Positions 8,983 through 17,530 of a DNA stretch of 32,000 bases are shown here, piece by piece; position 1 is the first letter of the stretch; the number at the start of each line of letters is the position of its first letter. Below the pieces are notes generated by a model. That model made no database searches and was not told where the DNA came from. It was given only the letters and a program-made list of their open reading frames with translations. The position numbers and the translations under genes were made by a program. Source of the stretch: Candidatus Annandia pinicola. Lineage in GTDB: Bacteria; Pseudomonadota; Gammaproteobacteria; Enterobacterales; Enterobacteriaceae_A. The stretch lies in the NCBI RefSeq assembly GCF_020541245.1, contig NZ_CP045876.1, forward strand, positions 1-32,000. Direction: 5' to 3'.

Positions 8983-10230
8983 ATGTCTATTTTATTACAA
9001 AAATTTGAATTAAATATATATAATGTTATATATAATTACGTAATAAAAAGCTATAAGGGTCCATTTTGGTTTTATAATGCAAATATTATTAAAAATAAAA
9101 TAATGAAATTAAAAAAATTTGATATTATAAGATTTGCTCAAAAATCATGTTCTAATATTAATATTTTAAAATTAATAAAAAAATATAATGTACAAATTGA
9201 TGCAGTTTCTTATGGAGAAATAGAAAGAGCTTTAGAATCTGGATTTGATATAAATAAAATTATATTTACATCCGATATTTTTGATTACTATTCATTAAAA
9301 AAAATAATTAAACATAAAATAACAGTTAATATAGGTTCTATAGATATGTTACATCAATTAGGTAAATTATCTCCTGGTCATAAAATTTGGATAAGAATAA
9401 ATCCTGGTTTTGGTCATGGACATAATAAAAAAACTAATACTGGGGGTGAAAATAGTAAACATGGAATTTGGTATAATAGTATATTATTACATGACATAAT
9501 AAAAAAATATAATTTTAAATTAAAAGGAATACATATGCATATAGGTTCTGGAGTAGATTATAAACATCTACAAAATGTATGCTACTCAATGATGAATCAA
9601 ATAACATATAAAAACAAAAATATTTTATTTATTTCAGCAGGTGGGGGGTTATCAATACCTTATAAAAAAAAAGAAAAAACTATTGATATTAAACATTATT
9701 TTAATTTATGGAATAATGTTAGAAATAAAATTTCTAATTATTTAGGTCATAAAATACAATTAGAAATAGAACCAGGAAGATTTTTAACTGCTGAATCAGG
9801 AATGTTAGTAACTCAAATTAAATCAGTAAAGTATATAAAAAATAAATATTTTGTTTTAATAGATGCTGGTTTTAATGATTTATTAAGGCCTGTAATGTAT
9901 GGTAGTTATCATAAAATTTCTATTATAGATTATAATGGAAATCATATTTCTAAAAATAATTTTAAAATTCCTACTGTAATAGGAGGTCCTTTATGTGAAT
10001 CTGGAGATATATTTACTCAAAAATCTAATGGTGAAATTAAAATAAGATTTTTACCAAAAGTATTTCCTGGAGATTATTTAATATTTCATGATACTGGGGC
10101 TTATGGTGCTTCAATGTCATCTAATTATAACAGCAGGCCATTAATACCTGAAATATTATTTTATAGAAATGAATTAAAAATTATTAGAAAAAAACAAAGA
10201 ATGAATGATTTATTAAAATTAGAAAAATAA
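8983..10230 (+). CDS. lysA: Diaminopimelate decarboxylase
   Basis: 415-aa ORF with an AAGGA SD 7 nt upstream. RFAQKSCSNINIL carries the PLP lysine. Also present are NPGFGHGHNKKTNTGGENSKHGIW, EIEPGRF, GPLCESGD and DTGAYGASMSSNYNSRPL, which are near-identical to E. coli LysA blocks. Confidence 0.96.
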   Translation: MSILLQKFELNIYNVIYNYVIKSYKGPFWFYNANIIKNKIMKLKKFDIIRFAQKSCSNINILKLIKKYNVQIDAVSYGEIERALESGFDINKIIFTSDIFDYYSLKKIIKHKITVNIGSIDMLHQLGKLSPGHKIWIRINPGFGHGHNKKTNTGGENSKHGIWYNSILLHDIIKKYNFKLKGIHMHIGSGVDYKHLQNVCYSMMNQITYKNKNILFISAGGGLSIPYKKKEKTIDIKHYFNLWNNVRNKISNYLGHKIQLEIEPGRFLTAESGMLVTQIKSVKYIKNKYFVLIDAGFNDLLRPVMYGSYHKISIIDYNGNHISKNNFKIPTVIGGPLCESGDIFTQKSNGEIKIRFLPKVFPGDYLIFHDTGAYGASMSSNYNSRPLIPEILFYRNELKIIRKKQRMNDLLKLEK

Positions 10231-10270
10231 AAATATTTTATTTAATATTTTTTTATTAAAAAATTTAAAA

Positions 10271-10342
10271 CTCCCCCGACTGGATTCGAACCAGTGACAT
10301 ACGGATTAACAGTCCGCCGTTCTACCACTGAACTACAGGGGA
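10271..10342 (-). tRNA. tRNA-Asn (anticodon GUU)
   Basis: The reverse complement is TCCCCTGTAGTTCAGTGGTAGAACGGCGGACTGTTAATCCGTATGTCACTGGTTCGAATCCAGTCGGGGGAG. It folds as a 72-nt cloverleaf with a 7-bp acceptor stem, GTTC/GAAC D stem, anticodon loop CTGTTAA, and T arm ACTGG-TTCGAAT-CCAGT. It is very close to E. coli tRNA-Asn. The 3' CCA is not encoded. It is a G/C island in an A/T spacer. Confidence 0.95.
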
Positions 10343-10511
10343 ATAATTATATTAAATAATTACTATATTAAAAAATATATTATTTAATGTTTATAGTCAA
10401 CATTTTAATTAAAAATAAAAATAAAATATTTAATAATCATATAAAAATTTAAATATACTAAAATTTTAATATTTTGTAAAGTATTTTTTTTAAATAAAAA
10501 AAAATAATATC

Positions 10512-11447
10512 ATGAAAAATTATCATATAATTATTTTCTTAATGGGACCAACTAGTGTTGGTAAAACATCTTTAGCAATAAAATTATATAAAAAACTTAA
10601 TGTTGATATTATAAGCGTAGATTCTGCTATGATATATAAATATATGAATATTGGTACAGCAAAACCAACTTATAATGAATTAAAAAAAACTCCTCATTAT
10701 TTAATTAATATTAAAAAACCTACAGAATATTATTCTGTTGCAAAATTTATTAAAGATGTAAAAATAAGAATAAAAAAAACTATAAAAAAAAAAAAGATAC
10801 CATTATTAGTAGGTGGTAGTATGTTATATTACAAATTATTATTAAATGGATTTAGTTATTTACCAAAAAGAAATATTAAAATTAGAAACTATATAAATTA
10901 TTTATCTTACAATATAGGTTATAATAAATTATATAAATATTTATGTTATATTGATCCAATTTATAGTAAATTAATACATCCTAATGACAAAAATAGAATA
11001 ATTAGATCAATTGAAGTTTTTTTAATATCTAAAAAAAATATGACATATTATAAAAATATAAAAAATAAAAAATTACCTTATAAAGTTATTCAATTTGCTA
11101 TAATACCGCGTTTAAGAGAAATATTATATAATAATATTACTATACGTTTTAAAAAAATGATAAAATTAGGTTTAGAAAAAGAAGCTTATAAAATATTTAA
11201 AAATCCTAATTTTAATATAATGTTACCATCTTCTAAATGTATAGGATATAATCAATTATATTCTTATTTTTTAAAAAAAATAACTTATGAAGAAATGATA
11301 TATAAAAGTATATGTTCTACAAGAAGACTAGTAAAAAAACAATTATCTTATTTAAGAAATTGGAAATATAAAGTTAATTATATGTATAATTATAATAATA
11401 AAAATAATATAAAAATAATTATAAATAAAATAAAAAAATATATTTAA
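10512..11447 (+). CDS. miaA: tRNA dimethylallyltransferase
   Basis: 311-aa ORF. It has the P-loop LMGPTSVGKTSLAI, followed by IISVDSAMIYKYMNIGTAKP and HYLINI, typical of MiaA. Confidence 0.9.
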   Translation: MKNYHIIIFLMGPTSVGKTSLAIKLYKKLNVDIISVDSAMIYKYMNIGTAKPTYNELKKTPHYLINIKKPTEYYSVAKFIKDVKIRIKKTIKKKKIPLLVGGSMLYYKLLLNGFSYLPKRNIKIRNYINYLSYNIGYNKLYKYLCYIDPIYSKLIHPNDKNRIIRSIEVFLISKKNMTYYKNIKNKKLPYKVIQFAIIPRLREILYNNITIRFKKMIKLGLEKEAYKIFKNPNFNIMLPSSKCIGYNQLYSYFLKKITYEEMIYKSICSTRRLVKKQLSYLRNWKYKVNYMYNYNNKNNIKIIINKIKKYI

Positions 11448-11989
11448 TAATTTAAAAAAAAATACAAATATATTATTTAAATAATATTTATAAATATTAA
11501 AATAATATTATAAAAAAAATATATAAAATATTATATTATTATTAAATTATATTAAAATTAATTATAAATATTTTAAACATTTATTAATTAAAAATATATA
11601 ATAGCCTATAAAAAAATAAATGTTGATATATATTAATATATAAAATTTAAAATTTAAATTATTAATTATATTATATAAAATACAATAAATTATTTTTTTA
11701 ATAAAAATAATTTTATATAAAATATTTTTATTAAATAAATAATATTTAACCTTAAATGATAATTTAAAATAAATTAAAAATTATTAATTATATTAAATAT
11801 ATATTTTTATATTTAATAATATAATATAAATTATATTATTTATAAAAATCAAAAATTTAATTAAAATAAATTAATTTATTAATTATAATTAGATAAAATT
11901 GTTATATTTTATATTATCATTAATATTATAATTTTATTAAGATTTATTTTTTATAAAATAATATAAATAAAATTTAATGGTTAATTTTT
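11448..11989. other. 542-bp almost pure A/T non-coding spacer (about 17 G/C by my hand count)
   Basis: No ORF, no G/C island and no recognisable RNA motif. It lies where E. coli carries hfq-hflXKC-purA-nsrR-rnr between miaA and rlmB. Confidence 0.8.
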
Positions 11990-12730
11990 ATGTATGAAAT
12001 AGTATTTGGAATACATGTAATAGAATCTATAATAAAAAATAATATTTCTATAATAAAAAAAATTATTATTAAAAATAATCAAAATAATAGATTAAAATTA
12101 TTACAAAATAAATTAAAGATTAATGGTATTAAAATACATTATGCAAATAAAAATTACTTAGATAAATTATCTAAAAGTAAAAAAAATCAAGGTGTTATAG
12201 CTTATATAAAAGAATATAAAAATAAATACAATGAAAAAAATATAAGTAAAATTATTAAATGTAATACTAATAATAATATATTTTTAATTTTAAATAACAT
12301 TCAAGATCCTCGAAATTTAGGTGCATGTTTACGAACTGCTGCTTCTATAGGTATAAGTGCTGTTATTATTACAAAAAATAAATCTGCAAGTATCACACCT
12401 TTAGTAAGAAAAATTTCATGTGGAGCAATTGATAAAATTCCAATTATTATTGTAAATAATTTATTAAATACTATAAAAAAATTTAAAAAAAATAATATAA
12501 ATATTATAGGATTGGATGAAAAATCTAAAAATATAATATATAAAACTAAAATTTTATTACCTATTGCTATAATTTTAGGTTCAGAAGGTAATGGTATAAA
12601 TAAAACAATTAAAAAAGAATGTGATTTTTTAGTTTCTATTCCAACTTTACCTACCATGAGTTCTTTAAATGTTTCTGTAGCAACAGGAGTGTGTTTATTT
12701 GAAATAACAAGACAAAATAAATATATTTAA
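11990..12730 (+). CDS. rlmB: 23S rRNA (Gm2251) 2'-O-methyltransferase, SpoU/TrmH family
   Basis: 246-aa ORF. IVFGIHVIESI, IQDPRNLGACLRTAASIGISAVII, LGSEGNGI and SLNVSVATGVCLFE align with E. coli RlmB [43 protein letters not shown] and SLNVSVATGICLFE. Confidence 0.87.
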   Translation: MYEIVFGIHVIESIIKNNISIIKKIIIKNNQNNRLKLLQNKLKINGIKIHYANKNYLDKLSKSKKNQGVIAYIKEYKNKYNEKNISKIIKCNTNNNIFLILNNIQDPRNLGACLRTAASIGISAVIITKNKSASITPLVRKISCGAIDKIPIIIVNNLLNTIKKFKKNNINIIGLDEKSKNIIYKTKILLPIAIILGSEGNGINKTIKKECDFLVSIPTLPTMSSLNVSVATGVCLFEITRQNKYI

Positions 12731-12752
12731 TTTATATATATAAGGATATATA

Positions 12753-13106
12753 ATGCGTAATTATGAAATAGTAATTATATTTTGTACTGAAGTAGTTAAT
12801 AAAATACATGATATAGTTAAATTATATAAAAAAATAATTAATAAAGATAATGGTAAAATACATAGAATTGAATATTGGGGGTTACGTAAATTAGCATATC
12901 CAATAAAAAGAATTAATCATGCTTATTATATGTTGATTAATATAGAAGTTACTAAAAAAATAATAAATAATTTAAGATATGAATTTAAATTAAATAATAT
13001 TATTATAAGAAATTTAATTATTAGAAAAAAAAAACCTTGTATTGGTGATTCATTTATTTTAAGAAAATCAAAAAAAAAATTAAAAAAAAATAAAAAAAAA
13101 ATATAA
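12753..13106 (+). CDS. rpsF: 30S ribosomal protein S6
   Basis: 117-aa ORF with an [17 protein letters not shown]...[32 protein letters not shown] aligns with E. coli MRHYEIVFMV...[32 protein letters not shown]. The C-terminal tail is basic rather than acidic. Confidence 0.92.
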   Translation: MRNYEIVIIFCTEVVNKIHDIVKLYKKIINKDNGKIHRIEYWGLRKLAYPIKRINHAYYMLINIEVTKKIINNLRYEFKLNNIIIRNLIIRKKKPCIGDSFILRKSKKKLKKNKKKI

Positions 13107-13129
13107 TATTTAACTTTAATAAGGTTATT

Positions 13130-13354
13130 ATGAAATCATATATTAATCGTAAAAAATTTTGTAAATTTACTATTAAAAAAACTAATGAAATAGATTATAA
13201 AGATTTAGAAACATTAAAAAAATATATTACTGATATAGGAAAAATTATACCAAGCAGAATAACAGGTACTAAGGCTAAATATCAAAGAAAATTATCTTTA
13301 GCAATAAAAAGAGCTAGGTATTTATCTTTAATACCATATACAGATAGACATTAA
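13130..13354 (+). CDS. rpsR: 30S ribosomal protein S18
   Basis: 74-aa [11 protein letters not shown]...[55 protein letters not shown] is nearly collinear with E. coli S18. It follows rpsF after only 23 bp, so there is no priB between them. Confidence 0.95.
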   Translation: MKSYINRKKFCKFTIKKTNEIDYKDLETLKKYITDIGKIIPSRITGTKAKYQRKLSLAIKRARYLSLIPYTDRH

Positions 13355-13394
13355 TAAATTAAAATAAAATTTATCAGTACAAAGGATGAATTGT

Positions 13395-13865
13395 ATGAAA
13401 ACTATTTTAGTTAAAAATATAATTGAAAAAAAAAATAAAGATTATAATATAATTCATGTAAAATCAGGATATGCTCGTAATTTTTTAATACCTTATAATA
13501 AAGTAAAAAAATGTGATATTTTTAATAATAAAAAAACTAAAAAAACTATTTTAACAAAAAAAAATTATATAAAAAATAATATTAAAAAAAAATATTTTAA
13601 TTTATGTACAATAAAAAAAGAATATATTATAAATACAAAATCAAAAATATATGTAAAAAAAAAATCAGTATTACCTAATTATAATATGATTATGAAAGCA
13701 TTTAAAAAAAATAATATTTTAAAATTTAATAAAAAAAAAATAAAAATTTCTAAAAAAATATTATTTAATAATATGTTAAATAATATTGTTTTATTTCCAA
13801 ATAAATATTTAAAATCAATTTTATTATTATATTCTAAAAAAAATAAAATAATTAAAAATTATTAA
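13395..13865 (+). CDS. rplI: 50S ribosomal protein L9 (start moved to the second ATG)
   Basis: The N-domain HVKSGYARNFLIPYNK matches E. coli NVKAGYARNFLVPQGK. AAGGA at 13382-13386 overlaps the track's ATG at 13386 but sits 8 nt before the ATG at 13395. MKTILVKNI also aligns with E. coli MQVILLDKV. The C-terminal domain is K/N/I-rich and barely alignable. Confidence 0.8.
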   Translation: MKTILVKNIIEKKNKDYNIIHVKSGYARNFLIPYNKVKKCDIFNNKKTKKTILTKKNYIKNNIKKKYFNLCTIKKEYIINTKSKIYVKKKSVLPNYNMIMKAFKKNNILKFNKKKIKISKKILFNNMLNNIVLFPNKYLKSILLLYSKKNKIIKNY

Positions 13866-14226
13866 ATAATACGTAAGCCGGGTTCTGTTTTAACAGTCAT
13901 ATATCTAGATTATTAATTACTTAATAATTCAAGCAGCTTACCAAGGATATAAAACGGGTAAAAATCCTTATTTAGCCTTGCTCCAAATGGAGTTTACATA
14001 GCCATATTTGTTACCAAATATGCGGTGTGCTCTTACCACGCCTTTTCACCTTTACTATAATTTAATAAAAAATTATATTATAATTATAGAAGTATTTTTT
14101 CTTTTGCACTAGTCGTTAGTTTATATTAACTACCCAGAAGTTATCTGGCATCTTTACCCTATGGAGCCCGGACTTTCCTCTATTATTATATTATAAACTA
14201 TAATAGCGACTGTTCAATTATTTAAT
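13861..14226 (-). ncRNA. rnpB: RNase P RNA, bacterial type A
   Basis: The reverse complement contains ACAGTCGC, GAGGAAAGTCCGGGCTCCATAGGG, ACGACTAGTGCAAAAGA, GGTGAAAAGGCGTGGTAAGAGCACACCGC, GTAAACTCCATTTGGAGCAAGGCTAAATA, GGTAAGCTGCTTGA and ACAGAACCCGGCTTA. These occur in the same order as the E. coli M1 RNA conserved regions. The ends ATTAAATAAT (5') and ATTATTTAAT (3') are exact complements, giving the P1 stem. Peripheral helices are filled with A/T. End coordinates are +/- a few nt. Confidence 0.93.
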
Positions 14227-14553
14227 TTTTTTTAATTATAAATATTTTATTTTAGAATTATAATAATATTTATATAATAATAAAATATTAAAGAAATATA
14301 ATATTTTAAAACTATAATAATATTTTTTATTTATTTTTTTTTAATAAATTATATTAATAATTTTAAAATAAATATTAATAAAAGTAAAGTATTTTAATAA
14401 AAAAAAATAAATAATAAAATTTTTATTAAATTATTAATTATTAAATATAAAAAAATATAATATTTAATAATATAATAATTTTAATTTTTATATTAATAAT
14501 TTAAATAATTTAATATTTTATATATTAAATAAAAAATAAAACTAATAAAAAAA

Positions 14554-15096
14554 ATGAATATTAATAATATTCCATCTGGAATAAAAATACCTGAAGAATT
14601 ATATGTAATTATAGAAATATCATCTTATTCAACACCAATAAAATATGAAATAGATAAAAAAACAGGAATGTTATTTGTTGATAGATTTATACCAACTTCT
14701 ATGTTTTATCCATGTAATTATGGCTATATTAACAATACTTTATCATTAGATGGTGATCCTTTAGATGCTTTAGTAATAACACCATTTTCATTAAAATCTA
14801 GATCTGTTATACTTACTAAACCTGTTGGTATGATTAATTTAATTGACGAAAAAGGTGAAGATAATAAAATAATAACTGTTCCTCATAATAAAATTAGTAA
14901 TGAATATGATAATATTAATAATATAAATGATATTTCATTAAAATTACGTAATCAAATATTGCATTTCTTTGAACATTATAAAGATTTAGAAAAAGAAAAA
15001 TGGATAAAATTTAAAGGATGGTCAAATTCTAAGGATTCTAAAATAGAAATAATTAAATCTTGTGATCGTTTTAAAAAAAATAAAAATTTATTATAA
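14554..15096 (+). CDS. ppa: Inorganic pyrophosphatase
   Basis: 180-aa ORF. [58 protein letters not shown] aligns with E. coli [58 protein letters not shown]. Confidence 0.96.
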   Translation: [180 protein letters not shown]

Positions 15097-15147
15097 TATT
15101 AATAATAATAAATTTAAAAAAAATATATATTTTTAAACAATATATTA

Positions 15148-15708
15148 TTATCTTATATACAAATTACATATTATTTTTTTTTTTTTTTTTTTATGTAATT
15201 TTAAAATATTTGGTGTTAAAATATTTTTTCTAAGATAATAATATTCAATATATATATAAGATCCAATTTTTAACCAATTATATTTTTCTAAAATAAATAT
15301 TAATTTTTCTATTAAAAATATATCTGAAGAAAAAAAAGGTGGGTCAATAAAAATTATATCTTGTGGTTTTCCAAAATGCATTAACCAATTTAAAGTATCA
15401 TTATAAATAATTTGAACATTTTTTAGTTTTAATAAATCTATATTTTTTTTAAGTTTTTTTATAGTATTATAATTTTTTTCTATAAAAATTATTTTTTTAG
15501 CACCATGTGATAAAGATTCTATTCCCAAAACACCACTACCAGCAAAACAATCTAAGCAAATTGAATTTTTAATATTATATCTTAACCAATTAAATAATAT
15601 TTTTCTTATAAAATTAGTAGTTGGTCTCATCTGATTATTATAATTATCTAATAATAATTTACGTTTATAAAATTTTCCGCTAATAATATTAATTTTATTT
15701 TTATTCAT
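15148..15708 (-). CDS. rsmD: 16S rRNA (G966-N2) methyltransferase RsmD (start trimmed to the internal ATG)
   Basis: MRPTTNFIRKILFNWL, CLDCFAGSGVLGIESLS and IIFIDPPF align with E. coli RsmD LRPTTDRVRETLFNWL, CLDCFAGSGALGLEALS and IVFVDPPF. The track start at 15807 is a TTG that adds 33 non-homologous residues and leaves only 10 bp to ftsY. The ATG at 15708 (MNKNKINIISGKFYKRKL) matches the E. coli N-terminus in length. It is divergent from ftsY, as in E. coli. Confidence 0.8.
   Translation of the reverse strand: MNKNKINIISGKFYKRKLLLDNYNNQMRPTTNFIRKILFNWLRYNIKNSICLDCFAGSGVLGIESLSHGAKKIIFIEKNYNTIKKLKKNIDLLKLKNVQIIYNDTLNWLMHFGKPQDIIFIDPPFFSSDIFLIEKLIFILEKYNWLKIGSYIYIEYYYLRKNILTPNILKLHKKKKKKIICNLYIR
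15174..15192 (-). repeat. T19 homopolymer (A19 in the rsmD mRNA, encoding K6)
   Basis: Direct count gives 15174-15192 all T. In the minus frame this reads CAT AAA AAA AAA AAA AAA AAA ATA (H K K K K K K I). Homology to E. coli RsmD resumes in frame on both sides. Confidence 0.95.
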
Positions 15709-15817
15709 TTTTTTAAACTTTACATTTTTAAATAATATATTTTTATTATTTAATTTAATAATAAAAATTATATATTTAAAAATTATAATTAAATAATTAA
15801 ATGACAATAAAAAAAAT

Positions 15818-16783
15818 ATGAAAAATAGATTATATAAAATTATTAATAAAGATATAATTTATAAATTAAAAAAAACTTTTATTAAAATCATAAATAATAT
15901 AAAATATTTTTTTAAAATAATATTTAAATATAAAAATAATGATCAAATATTATTAAATTTAAAAAAAAAATTATTAAAATATGATATTGGTTTAAATACT
16001 ACAGAATATATATTAAATAAAATTAAAAAAAATCATAATGAAAATAATTTAAATAATATCGAATTATTAAATAAAATATTAAATATTATTATGTCAGAAA
16101 TGTTAAAAAAACTAGAACAACCTTTAATAATAAATTATAATAAAAAACCATTTGTAATTTTAATTGTTGGTGTTAATGGTGTAGGAAAAACTACTACTGT
16201 AGCAAAATTAGCTAATAAATATAAAAAAAAGGGTAAAAAAGTTATGTTAGCTGCAGCAGATACATTTAGATCATCTGCTATCACACAACTTAAAACATGG
16301 GGTAAAAAAATAAATACACCAGTTATATCAAGAAGAATTAAATCAGATGCAGCTTCTGTTGTTTTTGATTCTTTAAAAGCAGCAAATTCAAAAAGAATTG
16401 ACATATTAATTATTGATACTTCAGGAATAATGCATAATAAAAATTTTTTAATGAGAAATTTAATTAAAATAATAAATATAGTAAAAAAAATAAACAATAA
16501 TGAACCTGATGAAACTATATTAATTATAGATTCAAATAATGGACAAAATTCAATAAAACAAATTGAAACTTTTAGAAAATCTATTAAAATTTCTAGTTTA
16601 ATTATTAACAAAATAGATAATATTTCAAAAGGTGGTATTATTTTTCCTATATCTCATAAATTTAATATTCCTATTAGATATATAGGTGTAGGTGATAAAA
16701 TAGAAGATATTAAATCTTTTAAATCAGAAAATTTTGTTAAATATTTACTTTTAAATTTAAAAGAAACATTAAAAGTAAAATAA
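15818..16783 (+). CDS. ftsY: Signal recognition particle receptor FtsY
   Basis: 321-aa ORF. The NG-domain motifs are present: ILIVGVNGVGKTTTVAKLA, LAAADTFRSSAITQL, IIDTSG, INKIDNISKGG and IRYIGVGDKIEDI. The N-terminal A domain is short (~100 aa) and K/N-rich instead of long and acidic. Confidence 0.92.
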   Translation: MKNRLYKIINKDIIYKLKKTFIKIINNIKYFFKIIFKYKNNDQILLNLKKKLLKYDIGLNTTEYILNKIKKNHNENNLNNIELLNKILNIIMSEMLKKLEQPLIINYNKKPFVILIVGVNGVGKTTTVAKLANKYKKKGKKVMLAAADTFRSSAITQLKTWGKKINTPVISRRIKSDAASVVFDSLKAANSKRIDILIIDTSGIMHNKNFLMRNLIKIINIVKKINNNEPDETILIIDSNNGQNSIKQIETFRKSIKISSLIINKIDNISKGGIIFPISHKFNIPIRYIGVGDKIEDIKSFKSENFVKYLLLNLKETLKVK

Positions 16784-16816
16784 AAAAAAGTATATATATA
16801 TTATGATTTATAAATT

Positions 16817-17404
16817 TTAAAATTTTAACCATGTTTTAATACCATCTAAAATCATTTGTATAGATAATGTTATTAAAATTAAACCTACTAATTTTTCTAA
16901 AGCATTAATCCCTTTATTACCTAAGAAAAAAAGTATTATATCTGATAGCATTAATATAATAAATGTTATACTCCATGATATAAATAAAGAAAAAATCAAA
17001 TGTAGTATATGATGATTACATTTATTTGATAATATTATTAACGTAGCTAATAAAGAAGGTCCAGCAACTAAAGGAATAGCTAAAGGTACTAAAAATGGCT
17101 CATCATAAATTAATTCATTATTTTTATCATAATTTGGAAACATCATTTTTAAAGATATAAAAAATAAAATTAATCCACCAGATATAGATATAGTTTCAGG
17201 TTTTAAATTAAGTAGATTAAGAATTTTTTGACCTATAAATAAAAATAAAACCATTAATAATAAAGCAATAAACATTTCTCTAATTAAAATAATTTTTCTT
17301 CTTATTGGTTTAAAATTTTTTAATAAAGATATAAATACAGGTAAATTACCAATAGGATCCATTATTAAAAGCATTAAAAATGTTTCTGATACTATTTTTT
17401 TCAT
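16817..17404 (-). CDS. yhgN: MarC-family (UPF0056) inner-membrane protein
   Basis: 195-aa ORF with an AGGA SD. LMLLIMDPIGNLPVFISLLKNF, ISISGGLILFFISLKMMFP, EPFLVPLAIPLVAGPSLLATL and GINALEKLVGLIL parallel E. coli YhgN. It is adjacent to asd, as in E. coli. Confidence 0.85.
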   Translation of the reverse strand: MKKIVSETFLMLLIMDPIGNLPVFISLLKNFKPIRRKIILIREMFIALLLMVLFLFIGQKILNLLNLKPETISISGGLILFFISLKMMFPNYDKNNELIYDEPFLVPLAIPLVAGPSLLATLIILSNKCNHHILHLIFSLFISWSITFIILMLSDIILFFLGNKGINALEKLVGLILITLSIQMILDGIKTWLKF

Positions 17405-17530
17405 ATTAAATTCCTATATAAACTATTTAATAAATTTATATAATTTATAATAATTATCATATTGTAAATTATAATAAATTATTTTAATATACTAAAATAT
17501 AATATAAAAAAAAATAAATAAGGTTTAAAT

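Noticed and set aside
11448-11989. The 542-bp A/T desert as a candidate replication origin.
   Set aside because: No DnaA-box-like 9-mers (TTATCCACA or its complement) and no 13-mer repeat array are visible. The flanking genes (miaA, rlmB) are not origin-linked genes. It is more simply explained as eroded hfq-rnr DNA. It would need genome-wide skew analysis to revisit.
16135-16611. Long ORFs antisense to or embedded in annotated genes. They are: 158 aa opposite ftsY (16135-16611); 118 aa opposite rlmB (12301-12657); 93 aa opposite lysS (8359-8640); 73 aa in ygfZ (5224-5445); 81 aa in tsgA (22479-22724); 63 aa in rpsG (24419-24610); and 62 and 78 aa in tuf (26928-27116 and 27815-28051).
   Set aside because: Each lies wholly within a gene whose product has clear homology on the other strand. 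The translations are hydrophobic low-complexity strings with no recognisable motifs and no SD. They occur in the more G/C-rich conserved domains, where stop codons are naturally rarer on the opposite strand. I treat them as shadow ORFs.
17462-17490. Sigma70-like promoter hexamers. Examples are TTGTAA-17 nt-TAATAT about 40 bp upstream of asd, and TTGATA at 23554 upstream of rpsL.
   Set aside because: TATAAT-like hexamers occur every few bases at this composition, and the -35 matches are only 4/6. These are not supportable as features without 5'-end mapping.
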